Source of the DNA: Cryomorphaceae bacterium
GTDB lineage: Bacteria > Bacteroidota > Bacteroidia > Flavobacteriales_D > Crocinitomicaceae
Length of the DNA stretch: 64,000 nucleotides
Assembly: GCA_027490665.1 (NCBI GenBank)
Contig: JAIXXP010000116.1
Location: forward strand, 15,840 to 79,839
Direction of reading: 5' to 3'
Shown: one piece after another, positions 8,705 through 18,163 of the stretch
Numbering within the stretch: position 1 is the first letter of the stretch
Layout of the letters: each line of letters opens with the position of its first letter
Notes under the pieces: model-generated
Seen by the model: only the letters and a program-made list of their open reading frames with translations
The model's database searches: none
What the model was told of the DNA's origin: nothing
Translations under genes and position numbers: made by a program

Positions 8705-9898
8705 ATGAAAACAAAAAAATTACAATCATTCTTTATACTAGTTGCCATTTTCTTTAGTGGCATGGCTAGTTATTTTGCGCAGCCAAGTAACACTATTGCC
8801 GTTGCGAATCCTAATGTGAACGCCCTAACTGTAAAACCTGAGTCAGTGGCAAAAATGATGCGCCTAGAGCTCATCAAAATCAATAAGTACAAAGTTTACG
8901 ATGAGTTTGATATGAACGAAGTCATCAAAGCGAAAGAAGAATACAAAGTGGGTTGTTATGGCCAAACTTGTCTTTCTAAACTAGGTGAAGAACTTAAAGT
9001 AGATTACGTTATGTCGGGTTCTATTGACGGTTTAGGCAATAAAATTGTCGTTACCATCAAAATCATCGATGTCAAAGGGCAAGCACTTTACAAGTCTGCA
9101 GTTCGTGAATTTGACAACCAAGAGTTGGAGGTTCAACGCATGGTAGAAATCGTTATTGCCGAAATGCATGGGCTCACCATAGACAAAGTACTTACGGACC
9201 GTTTGGCATTTAAAAATGAATTGATTACTTCCAACAATATTGGTAAAGTAAACAATTCGGGTCCGCGAATTGGTTTTGCAGCCATGACTGGCGATGTCGC
9301 AGAATTTGCAACCCGACCTGAAATATATGGCGGTTTGGGTATCCAGCCATTTACCTCCATGATTGGTTACCAGATCGAAGGACAATATGTAGGGACAGAA
9401 AATTTCTCTGCTTTGGTTGAAGGTATTATTAATATTTCAGGCTTAGAGCAAAGTCAGTTCATTCCTTCTTTCTCATTATTGAATGGTTTCCGTTTTGGCA
9501 AAGCAAATTGGGAATTCGCTTTCGGCCCACGCTTTGGTGTGAAGTCTACTTCAACGGGTTATTTAGATACAGATGGTTTGTATGGTGCACAAGGTGGATA
9601 CTATACACAACAAGAGTGGTTGGCCTCTGGCGGAAAAGAACTCCTTTCAACAGGTGAAATAATTCTTGAGCCTTTTGGTGGTTTCACAGAGCATTTTGAC
9701 AAAGAGGGTTCAAAACGTTTGGCAACCTCTTTCTTAGTTGCATTTGGCCGCACTTTTCAGGCTGGCGCACTCAACATTCCGGTTAACTTATTTTACAGCT
9801 CTCAAAAAGGCGGTGGTTTCGTTGGCATCAACATGGGCTTTAATGTTCAAAAAAGCAAACAACCAATAAATAAGCAAAGCCCGCAACGTTATTATTAG
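8705..9898 (+). CDS. exported protein: TolB-N-like alpha/beta domain plus Gly/aromatic-rich putative barrel
   Basis: ATG 8705 gives the signal peptide MKTKKLQSFFILVAIFFSGMASYFA|Q. The pattern IAVANP...ELIKINKYKVYD...CLSKLGEELKVDYVMSGSIDGLGNKIVVTIKIIDV resembles the TolB amino-terminal-like periplasmic domain. The C-terminal 200 aa alternate Gly and aromatic residues. The listed TTG start at 8672 is less likely. Confidence 0.7.
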   Translation: MKTKKLQSFFILVAIFFSGMASYFAQPSNTIAVANPNVNALTVKPESVAKMMRLELIKINKYKVYDEFDMNEVIKAKEEYKVGCYGQTCLSKLGEELKVDYVMSGSIDGLGNKIVVTIKIIDVKGQALYKSAVREFDNQELEVQRMVEIVIAEMHGLTIDKVLTDRLAFKNELITSNNIGKVNNSGPRIGFAAMTGDVAEFATRPEIYGGLGIQPFTSMIGYQIEGQYVGTENFSALVEGIINISGLEQSQFIPSFSLLNGFRFGKANWEFAFGPRFGVKSTSTGYLDTDGLYGAQGGYYTQQEWLASGGKELLSTGEIILEPFGGFTEHFDKEGSKRLATSFLVAFGRTFQAGALNIPVNLFYSSQKGGGFVGINMGFNVQKSKQPINKQSPQRYY

Positions 9899-9921
9899 CC
9901 AACTCATCTAGCTATACTCAA

Positions 9922-11025
9922 ATGATAGCACGTCTTTTCAATAGATTGTGTTTCGCATTGACGCTCTGCTTCTTCGGAAGTCAGGGCGTTTTTGCGCAAA
10001 TTCCCAGCAAAATTGAAACCACAACGGATGATTCAATTTACCTTGTTATTACTGCAGATGGAACCGAATATGTCGGCTTACTTCTTTCGCAAGATAGCAA
10101 TGCCGTATGGCTTCAGACGCATTCTCTTGGCAAGATACAAATCCCTAAAGTTGATATCAAGTCAATTGAGCCTTATGACGCAAAGAGCGATTCACAAATG
10201 GAAACATTCAATAGGGGAGCTGTGTTTACTACGCGCCATCAGTTAACCACCAGTTCCTTCCCAATCAAAAAAGGTGAAAACTATGCCATGTGTAATTTAT
10301 ACGGACCTGAAGTACATTTTGCTGTCCATAAAGATTTTTCTATTGGCGTCATGACCACCTGGATTGCCTCGCCTTTAGTGCTCGCCTTGAAATACACGCG
10401 AGGAACTGCCAATCCAAAAATCAATTATGGTTTTGGAACCTTACTCGGAAATTCGGTTTATTACAATGAAGCCAAAGGATATGGAGGACTTCATTTGGGA
10501 ATGATTACATATGGTACACGGCAAAACAACTTAACACTTTCATTAGGATATGGTTATTTTGACGTTGGAAGATATCATAAATATAAAGTATTGGTACCAG
10601 GAGTTTATCAAGCTATTGACGGAGAAAGACCACCAATTCCTGTTCTTGAAGAGATCAAGGTCAATCAAAATTTATTTCAAGTTGAAACAATTGGTTTAGC
10701 AGGTCAGATAAGACTAAAAAAGAAAGTCAGTTTTGTATATGATTGTCTCTTGATTTTCACTCAAACAGTTCCCACCCGTGATGGGATTCAAAAAATTTTC
10801 CCTGAATCAGCTAATGTGAATGGTCAGTGGACACTACAACAAATTACGGTAAAACCATTTGAAGAATATCAATATGAGATTGAGAAAACGAACGTTTTTA
10901 TCTTCATGCCAAGTATTCGCGTGCAAAAAACCGAATCCAGATCCTTTCAATTCGGTTTAACTGGATTGATATTTGACGGTTATCCTCACCTTTTGCCAAT
11001 GGCCAGTTGGTTTTTCAGGTTGTAG
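9922..11025 (+). CDS. exported protein of unknown family, paralogue B
   Basis: Signal peptide ...GVFA|Q. Long identical runs with paralogue C (FPIKKGENYAM, NLYGPEVHFAVHKDFS, LALKYTRGTANPKINYG). The C-terminus is SWFFRL. Confidence 0.8.
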   Translation: MIARLFNRLCFALTLCFFGSQGVFAQIPSKIETTTDDSIYLVITADGTEYVGLLLSQDSNAVWLQTHSLGKIQIPKVDIKSIEPYDAKSDSQMETFNRGAVFTTRHQLTTSSFPIKKGENYAMCNLYGPEVHFAVHKDFSIGVMTTWIASPLVLALKYTRGTANPKINYGFGTLLGNSVYYNEAKGYGGLHLGMITYGTRQNNLTLSLGYGYFDVGRYHKYKVLVPGVYQAIDGERPPIPVLEEIKVNQNLFQVETIGLAGQIRLKKKVSFVYDCLLIFTQTVPTRDGIQKIFPESANVNGQWTLQQITVKPFEEYQYEIEKTNVFIFMPSIRVQKTESRSFQFGLTGLIFDGYPHLLPMASWFFRL

Positions 11026-11097
11026 TATTTTTAACACTTTTTTGCCCTTTGTATCGTAATAACTAGCTTTACTCTTTAAAAATCAATTTTGAACACC

Positions 11098-12198
11098 ATG
11101 AAAATTCGACTTAGTTTTTCAGCACTTCTTCCTATTTTGTTCTTCTTCCTCGGAAGCCAGAGTTTTTATGCGCAAACACCCAGTACAGCAGCACCTGCAA
11201 CTGACACCACAAAATATCTTGTAGTAAAGTACGATGGTAACGAATACGTCGGTCTCATTCTTTCCGACGACGGTCGAGAGGTACTCATCGAAACCAGGTC
11301 ATTAGGTAAAATTTATATTCCTAAAAGCGATATCAAATCTATGCGACCGCTTGATTTAGTCGACGACGTCAAAAAAGGAGAGTTCAATAGCGCAGGTGTT
11401 TTTACCACTCGCTATCAGTTTACTACCAATTGTTTTCCGATTAAAAAAGGCGAGAACTATGCTATGGTTAACTTATATGGCCCCGAGGTGCATTTTGCCG
11501 TTCACAAAGATTTTTCTGTCGGCGTGATGTCTACCTGGATTGGTTCACCGTTGGCTTTGGCTTTGAAGTATACCCGCGGTACCGCAAATCCAAAAATCAA
11601 TTATGGGGTTGGCGCGCTCCTAGGCACCTCTGGTTATCTGAATTCGGGACGTGGTTTTGGTGGCTTGTATTGGGGCATGATCACCTATGGCGACCGCCGC
11701 ACTAATGTAACTTTGTCAGTAGGTTATGGGCATTTTAACAATGGAGATTACAGTATTAAGCAGAGAGCATGTTATGTACCCGGAACGTATGCTGCTGTGA
11801 ATGGTGGACCTCCTTCTTATTCTATTCAAGGCTACAAAGAGATCTCCTCAGGTTTCAAAGCTGATGCGCCTATTATTGGCTTCGCAGGTCAGACAAAAGT
11901 AGGCAAGAAAGCCAGTTTCATTTATGACTGTATGTTGATTATGGGTAGAAGAGAGGTTAAAGATGGTTATCAATCGTTTCAATATCAATATAATCCTAAT
12001 ACTTGGGATTTAGAGTCTGTAACGATAGGCGAGTGGCAAGATCTTTCTGAGATTAGAACTACAAATATGCTCATCTTGATGCCTGGAATGCGTTTTCAAA
12101 GGAGTGAAAATAAAGCTTTCCAAATAAGTTTGGCGGGCGTCATTACACAAGATATTTCATTCCCTTTGCCAATGGCGAGTTGGTTTTATAAGTTCTAG
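11098..12198 (+). CDS. exported protein of unknown family, paralogue C
   Basis: ATG 11098 (the listed start 11089 is a TTG). Signal peptide ...SFYA|Q. Same conserved core as A and B, and the C-terminus is SWFYKF. Confidence 0.8.
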   Translation: MKIRLSFSALLPILFFFLGSQSFYAQTPSTAAPATDTTKYLVVKYDGNEYVGLILSDDGREVLIETRSLGKIYIPKSDIKSMRPLDLVDDVKKGEFNSAGVFTTRYQFTTNCFPIKKGENYAMVNLYGPEVHFAVHKDFSVGVMSTWIGSPLALALKYTRGTANPKINYGVGALLGTSGYLNSGRGFGGLYWGMITYGDRRTNVTLSVGYGHFNNGDYSIKQRACYVPGTYAAVNGGPPSYSIQGYKEISSGFKADAPIIGFAGQTKVGKKASFIYDCMLIMGRREVKDGYQSFQYQYNPNTWDLESVTIGEWQDLSEIRTTNMLILMPGMRFQRSENKAFQISLAGVITQDISFPLPMASWFYKF

Positions 12199-12261
12199 GT
12201 CGGTATATGCGTAATTACAAAGAGTCTATGTAATTTTACCTCAACTCAAAACCCGATCTAT

Positions 12262-13839
12262 ATGAGCCTGTTGCTCATCTTATTTATTTTTAAATCATGG
12301 TGGCTGTCTATCTTGGCAGCCTCCATTTTTTTATTACTAGTTCTCGTTTTTATCAGACGTAGAATCGAAACTTCGCGTAGAAATCAGGTTCGTCTTGAGG
12401 TTAAAATTGCAGAACGCACCAAAGAAATTCGCCTTCAAAAGACTAAAATTGAAGAGCAAAAGCGTTTGTTAGAGCAAGAAAAACACAAAGTTGAGGAACA
12501 ACAAGCCCTACTTCAAAAAGAAAAAGACCGCACCGAACAATGGTTGCTCAACACCTTACCTTCTCAAGTTGTTATTGAACTCAAGCGCAATGGCAAAGTA
12601 AAAGCACAGGGTTTCAAGCAAGTTTCAATCATGTTTACCGATGTGGTAGGTTTTACCCGCATTTCGGAATCCATGGCGCCAAGCCGGATTGTCTCGAAGT
12701 TAGACATGCTTTTTCAGAAATTTGATGAAATCATCCAGGCCAATAACTTAGAGAAAATCAAAACCATCGGCGATGCGTATATGTGTGCGGGTGGGGTGCC
12801 AGTCGAAAACTCGACCAATCCGATAGACGCTTGTTGTGCTGCTTTGCAGATCCAAGCGTTTATGGATAAACTCAAGTACGAGGCCATCGCTGACCACGAA
12901 GACTACTGGGAAATTCGCCTTGGCATCAATACCGGGCCTGTTATTGCAGGAATAATCGGAAATATCCGCCTGGCTTACGACGTTTGGGGTTCTTCTGTAA
13001 ATCTCGCACAGCGCATGGAGATGCTCGGCGAACCCGGCAAGGTGACCATTACCGGCAACACCTTTCAGCAAATCGAACCTTATTTTGAGTGCGACTATAA
13101 AGGCAAGGCCCTCACGAAATCACGCACCAAAGTAGACATGTATGTGGTCCAGCGCATCAAGCCTGAACTTTCTGTCAACGGCGAAGGCCTCATCCCCAAT
13201 TCTCGCTTTGAGGAAATTAAAAAATTACACCATTACAGCTCTATCAAATACTACAAAACAGAGCACCACGTGATGGGTATACTCGAAAAAAACCTAGTGC
13301 CGAGTCTTTATTACCACTCAATCAACCACACCAAAGATGTTGTGAAATCTGTAGAGCGCATAGCCTTACTTGAAGGCGTAACAGACGAAGGTCTTTTCTT
13401 GCTCAAAACTGCGGCAATTTTTCACGATGCGGGTTTTATTGAACAATACGACCACAACGAGGCTATTGGTGCGCGAATGGCGCAAGAAATTCTGCCAAAG
13501 TATGGTTATACAGAGCAACACGTCAAAACGATTGTAGAACTCATTCACGTCACACAAATCCCGCACAAACCCATCAATAAATTGCAAGAAATCATTTGCG
13601 ATGCCGACCTCGATTATTTAGGCCGTTCCGATTTTGAACAAATTGCCGATAATTTACGCGAAGAGCTCACTGAAATGGGTAAAATCAAGTCCAGAAAAGA
13701 GTGGGATGCCATACAAGTGAAGTTTCTCAAACAACACCAATACTTTACCTCTACAGCTATCGGTTTGCGTCAAAAAAAGAAGCAGGAGAATTTAGAAATT
13801 GTTCTAGAGCGTTTGGCTTTGGACAACTATTCAGATTAG
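12262..13839 (+). CDS. membrane-anchored class III adenylate cyclase fused to an HD phosphohydrolase domain
   Basis: N-terminal TM segment, then a coiled coil (EIRLQKTKIEEQKRLLEQEKHKVEEQQ). Cyclase motifs present: FTDVVGFT, KTIGDAYM, AYDVWGSSVNLAQRME. The C-terminal HD signature is HSINHT...IFHDAGF...CDADLDYLG. Confidence 0.85.
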   Translation: MSLLLILFIFKSWWLSILAASIFLLLVLVFIRRRIETSRRNQVRLEVKIAERTKEIRLQKTKIEEQKRLLEQEKHKVEEQQALLQKEKDRTEQWLLNTLPSQVVIELKRNGKVKAQGFKQVSIMFTDVVGFTRISESMAPSRIVSKLDMLFQKFDEIIQANNLEKIKTIGDAYMCAGGVPVENSTNPIDACCAALQIQAFMDKLKYEAIADHEDYWEIRLGINTGPVIAGIIGNIRLAYDVWGSSVNLAQRMEMLGEPGKVTITGNTFQQIEPYFECDYKGKALTKSRTKVDMYVVQRIKPELSVNGEGLIPNSRFEEIKKLHHYSSIKYYKTEHHVMGILEKNLVPSLYYHSINHTKDVVKSVERIALLEGVTDEGLFLLKTAAIFHDAGFIEQYDHNEAIGARMAQEILPKYGYTEQHVKTIVELIHVTQIPHKPINKLQEIICDADLDYLGRSDFEQIADNLREELTEMGKIKSRKEWDAIQVKFLKQHQYFTSTAIGLRQKKKQENLEIVLERLALDNYSD

Positions 13840-13840
13840 A

Positions 13841-14554
13841 CTATAAAAAGCGTCCGTTTCGTTGTGGCTTAACCGGCGTTTTTTCTTTCTTTTTGTCAAT
13901 ACTATAGCCATAAGAAAAACTTAAAATGGCGCGGTTCAAGGCGCCAGGGCTCATGATGCGTTGGTCGTACAAATAAGCAACTTCAAGCGAGTGTGGCCCT
14001 TTGAAAGTATAAGCAAACCCCGCACTCCACCTAATTCTATTCAAATGATAGCCGGTTTGGCCATCCATTGGCCCAGTAAAAAACTCCATTGATACTTGGG
14101 GTTCTAAATCTGTGTTTTGAAGATCGTAGGCAAGACTTGGTTTGATACGAATCGCTTGTCCAAATTCAGGTTCAAAATTAGCAGCTAGTCTGTTGGTCGA
14201 ATACTGATAACGAAGTCTTAGGCCTACCTGCAACCGTTCGAATTCTTGATTGAATTGTAGGTTTGCGTTTAACCTGTGTTGAAGCGTCATGTTCCCTTCT
14301 TGATTTCGGTCATTGATTAGCCGATAATCTATGGATGGACGTAAATACTTATTGATCTTGTATTTGTAGGAAACCTGCGGGAAAATAGTTTGCAAACCCC
14401 CAGCGGCATGTCGTGTGGTAAGGTCGAAAGCTAAACTTTGCTTTTTATCGACTTTGTAAGATACACCTGCTTCATTCCAAAGTTGAAAAACGGTACTATT
14501 CTGACCCCAACCTAGAATTGGAATGAGCAATAAACTGAAAAAAAGGTGGCGCAT
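13841..14554 (-). CDS. putative outer-membrane beta-barrel protein (DUF2490-like)
   Basis: Signal peptide ...ILGWG|Q, with alternating amphipathic strands rich in Y/R/L throughout. The family call is by resemblance only. Confidence 0.5.
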   Translation of the reverse strand: MRHLFFSLLLIPILGWGQNSTVFQLWNEAGVSYKVDKKQSLAFDLTTRHAAGGLQTIFPQVSYKYKINKYLRPSIDYRLINDRNQEGNMTLQHRLNANLQFNQEFERLQVGLRLRYQYSTNRLAANFEPEFGQAIRIKPSLAYDLQNTDLEPQVSMEFFTGPMDGQTGYHLNRIRWSAGFAYTFKGPHSLEVAYLYDQRIMSPGALNRAILSFSYGYSIDKKKEKTPVKPQRNGRFL

Positions 14555-14556
14555 GC

Positions 14557-14988
14557 TTATCTTGTAACGATGATTTCACCCAAATCTTTGGTCTCATTTT
14601 TACCAATTTCTATGGTAAATTTGACCGGAACTTTAGTGTAGTAGTCGTCATCGTTGTTGATGATGCTGTTGCCCGTGTTAAATACTTCGTTGTATGCAAA
14701 AACAGTGTAAGTTCCGGGAAATAGAAAGTTGAAACTAAAGGTGCCATCGTAATTGCATTCAACTTTGTCGTCAAAAATGCTGTCTTGTGTGCCGTAGACA
14801 ATATAGACATCTTCAGTTGCTCCTGAATAACTTACTGTTTGGGCCAAAGCACCATTGATGTAAAGCTTTTCATTAATGGTGAGTTTGCCAGTTATTTTAC
14901 TTCGACCACCTTGGCCTTCGTATTTTTTACAACCGTTTAAACCTAGCCCCAAAATGACAATCGTAATTAATATGCTGAGTCTTTTCAT
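14557..14988 (-). CDS. small lipoprotein with carboxypeptidase-regulatory-like (Ig-like) fold
   Basis: Lipobox LGLNGC followed by ITGKL...DGTFSFNFLFPGTYTVFAY, typical of CarboxypepD_reg-like domains. Its stop lies 2 nt from the next gene's start. Confidence 0.6.
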   Translation of the reverse strand: MKRLSILITIVILGLGLNGCKKYEGQGGRSKITGKLTINEKLYINGALAQTVSYSGATEDVYIVYGTQDSIFDDKVECNYDGTFSFNFLFPGTYTVFAYNEVFNTGNSIINNDDDYYTKVPVKFTIEIGKNETKDLGEIIVTR

Positions 14989-15098
14989 GTTTTTTTTCGC
15001 AATGTTAATAAAAAAACAACTTTTCTCAAGTTCTTGCGTTTGTTTGTTTGGATAAAAATTGATATTTCAGTAATATTGGTACCGCTAAAACAAGCTAA

Positions 15099-18000
15099 AT
15101 GAAACACTTACTACTCTCCATACTTTTTCTCTTTCCGGCACTTGTATTTTCGCAAGTAGTGGTCAATGAATATTCTTGTTCAAATGTTACCGGACCTACC
15201 GATGCCTTTGGTGAAAGAGAAGATTGGATTGAGCTTTACAACACTACCGCAGCGTCTGTAGACCTAACAGGTTGGTACCTTTCAGACAAAGCAACAAACT
15301 TAACTAAATGGCAAATTCCTAGTGGTAACATCACCGCCAACGGTTTTAAGATGGTTTTTTGTTCCAAAAGAAACCTAGTTTCAGGTAACCAATACCATCC
15401 TAATTTTAATTTATCCCAAACCGAGGGCGACTGGATTATCCTCTCGAATCCTTCAGCAGTAGTAGTTGATTCCTTTAAAATTGTTCACCTCACCAAATCC
15501 AACCATTCAGTGGGGCGTTCGAGCAATGGCGCAAATGATTTTAAATTATTTACCACGCCAACGCCTAATGCCAACAATGCTGGCGGCGTTAATTTCTACC
15601 CACCCAAACCTGTTTTCAGCTTGGCACCAGGTTTTTATTCAGGGGCCCAGACCATTAGCATAACTTGTGCCGACCCAACGGCCACCATTCGCTATACTTT
15701 AGACGGTTCAGATCCGATAGCTACATCCACGGCATACAGCGGCCCAATCAATATAACCACCACCAAAGTTTTGCGTGCAACAGCATTCGGAACAACCCTT
15801 TCTTCATTTACCGAAACAAACACTTATTTTATCAATGTCACCCATACCATACCTGTCGTTTCAGTTTGTAGTCAAGGGGTGTTTTCACTTGTTGCAAACG
15901 GAAGCCAGAACCCGCCCAACCGAATAGGGTCGTTTGAACTTTTTGAGCAAGACGGCACGTTTATCGATGAATCTGAAGGAGATTTCAACAAGCATGGCAA
16001 TGACTCCTGGGCTTACGCCCAAAGAGGCTTTGACTTTGTTTGTAGAGATCAATACGGTCACAACGGAGACCTCGAACACGAAATATTCCCAGAAAAAAAC
16101 CGCGACAGATTTCAAAGAGTCATCTTGAAACCAGGAGCGAGTGACAATTACCCATTTGAACAAGGAGCTCATATCAGAGATGCTTTTATCCATACGCTCT
16201 CTATCCGTGCCGACATGAAGCTCGACGAACGCACTTGGCGCCCTGCAATAGTTTACTTAAATGGCAGCTATTGGGGAGTTTATGAAATCCGTGAAAAAGC
16301 TGATGACCACGATTACGCAGATGAATATTATGGCCAGGACAAATACAATATGCATTACCTCAAAACGTGGGGCGGAACATGGCAAGAATACGGCGCGCCA
16401 AATGCACAACCAAGTTGGAATGCTCTGCGCAATTATATCCTGACCAATAACATGAGTAATCCAGCAAATTTCAATTATGTTGATTCTTTGCTTAGTTGGA
16501 AATCTCTTGCCGATTACTTTATGATCAATTCTTACACAGTTAATCAAGACTGGCTCAATTGGAATACAGCTTGGTGGCGAGGCTTAGACACCACCGGTGA
16601 CCACAAAAAATGGGGTTATGCACTCTGGGACATGGATGCCACTTTCGGTCATTACATCAATTACACAGGAATTCCAGACCCAAGTGCCAATGCCGATCCT
16701 TGTAATGCAGAAAACCTACCTAATCCAGGTGGGCAAGGACACACCGATATCCTTGAAAAGCTCATTAATGAAAATCCAGAAGTTGAGCAATATTATATCA
16801 CCCGATACATCGACCTCATCAATACTTCATTTAGTTGTGTAAGTATGCTTGCTTTACTCGACAGTATGGTCAATGAAATTGCTCCAGAAATGACCGCGCA
16901 TTGTGCCAAATGGGGTGGCAACTACAATGGGTGGCAATCGAGGGTAACACAACTGCGTAATTTTATCAATCAGCGCTGTCTGGCAATGGAACAAGGCCTC
17001 ATAGATTGTTATCAATTATCTGGTCCTTTTGCAACCACCTTTGATGTAAGCCCTGCGGGTGCAGGAACTATTCAAGTGAATTCCATCAATCCGCCTTCTT
17101 ATCCTTGGACAACGAGTTATTTTGGCGGCGTTCAAACGCTATTAGAACCCAACGCTAATCCTGGTTTTATGTTTAGTCATTGGACAGTTACTACCGGGCC
17201 TCTTGGCTTGCCATCTACAACAGCAAATAACTTCATTAATATCAACGGCCCAGAAACCATTGTAGCAGTTTTTGTACCAGACGTACCAGATTTAGATGGT
17301 GATGGCTGCTTAAATGTCGATGAAAATTTATTAGGAACCGATCCTAATAACCCAGACACCGATGGAGACGGCGAAAACGATTGTGCCGAAATCGGCAATA
17401 TTGGTGCTCCAACCGACACCGATGGCGACGGCATCATCGACGCATTGGAATCTTCTATCACCGACACCGATGGCGATGGTGTGTCAGACGAGCTCGATCC
17501 TGCTAATACAGATCCTTGTATACCAAATCCAAATGCCGGCCCTTGTGACCAAGACGGCGATGGCCTTACCAATAGCCAAGAAAATGCGGCTGGCACAAAC
17601 ACCACTAATCCTGATACCGATGGCGATGGCCTGACCGATGGCGCTGAGGTAACTAACGGCTCAGATCCACTCAATCCATGCGATCCTGACGACACCTTAC
17701 CTGGTTGCCAAATTGACACCGATTTCGATGGTCTTACTGACGCCCAAGAAGGCGTGCTGGGCACCAATCCACTCAACGCAGACACCGATGGCGATGGCAT
17801 CAACGATGGCACGGAGGTAACCAATGGGTCCAATCCGCTCGATCCTTGCGACCCTGATGGCAGCAGCCCTGAGTGCGCAACAGGAATTTTCTTTCCGACT
17901 GCGTTTTCACCTAATGGTGTAGGGAATGGACTCAATGAGGTATACCAAATTATTGCAGGTAAAGACATCGCCGCAATTAATTTTAAAGTGGTTGACCGCT

Positions 18001-18161
18001 GGGGCAACTTGGTATACTCTTCTACAAATAAACTTTTCAAATGGGACGGCTCACACAAAGACAAACCTTGCAACAGCGGAGTCTACGCTTATGTTTGCGA
18101 TGTCACGTATGAGAATGGCAGCACCAAGAAGTTTACAGGTAACATTACGTTAATCCGATAA
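15099..18161 (+). CDS. secreted LTD / CotH kinase-like / thrombospondin type-3 repeat protein with T9SS type B C-terminal sorting domain
   Basis: Signal peptide ...LVFS|Q. The lamin-tail-like N-terminus is VVVNEY...[23 protein letters not shown] chitobiase-C-like segment follows ([22 protein letters not shown]). The CotH core shows [16 protein letters not shown] and [10 protein letters not shown]. Repeated DTDGDG calcium-binding TSP3 motifs come next. The C-terminus is a gliding-motility type B CTD ([14 protein letters not shown]...DRWGNLVY...WDG...GVYAY...GNITLIR). Confidence 0.85.
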   Translation: MKHLLLSILFLFPALVFSQVVVNEYSCSNVTGPTDAFGEREDWIELYNTTAASVDLTGWYLSDKATNLTKWQIPSGNITANGFKMVFCSKRNLVSGNQYHPNFNLSQTEGDWIILSNPSAVVVDSFKIVHLTKSNHSVGRSSNGANDFKLFTTPTPNANNAGGVNFYPPKPVFSLAPGFYSGAQTISITCADPTATIRYTLDGSDPIATSTAYSGPINITTTKVLRATAFGTTLSSFTETNTYFINVTHTIPVVSVCSQGVFSLVANGSQNPPNRIGSFELFEQDGTFIDESEGDFNKHGNDSWAYAQRGFDFVCRDQYGHNGDLEHEIFPEKNRDRFQRVILKPGASDNYPFEQGAHIRDAFIHTLSIRADMKLDERTWRPAIVYLNGSYWGVYEIREKADDHDYADEYYGQDKYNMHYLKTWGGTWQEYGAPNAQPSWNALRNYILTNNMSNPANFNYVDSLLSWKSLADYFMINSYTVNQDWLNWNTAWWRGLDTTGDHKKWGYALWDMDATFGHYINYTGIPDPSANADPCNAENLPNPGGQGHTDILEKLINENPEVEQYYITRYIDLINTSFSCVSMLALLDSMVNEIAPEMTAHCAKWGGNYNGWQSRVTQLRNFINQRCLAMEQGLIDCYQLSGPFATTFDVSPAGAGTIQVNSINPPSYPWTTSYFGGVQTLLEPNANPGFMFSHWTVTTGPLGLPSTTANNFININGPETIVAVFVPDVPDLDGDGCLNVDENLLGTDPNNPDTDGDGENDCAEIGNIGAPTDTDGDGIIDALESSITDTDGDGVSDELDPANTDPCIPNPNAGPCDQDGDGLTNSQENAAGTNTTNPDTDGDGLTDGAEVTNGSDPLNPCDPDDTLPGCQIDTDFDGLTDAQEGVLGTNPLNADTDGDGINDGTEVTNGSNPLDPCDPDGSSPECATGIFFPTAFSPNGVGNGLNEVYQIIAGKDIAAINFKVVDRWGNLVYSSTNKLFKWDGSHKDKPCNSGVYAYVCDVTYENGSTKKFTGNITLIR
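17289..17876 (+). repeat. thrombospondin type-3-like calcium-binding repeat array (coding)
   Basis: At least 8 D-x-D-G-D-G units. The DNA core gacaccgatggcgatggc recurs with small variations. Confidence 0.85.
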
Positions 18162-18163
18162 GC

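Noticed and set aside
17177-18073. 298-aa Ser/Pro/Gly-rich ORF on the minus strand.
   Set aside because: It lies antisense to the thrombospondin-repeat region of the CotH protein. The repetitive GAC/GAT/GGC codons read as stop-free low-complexity sequence on the opposite strand. It has no start context and no independent gene features.
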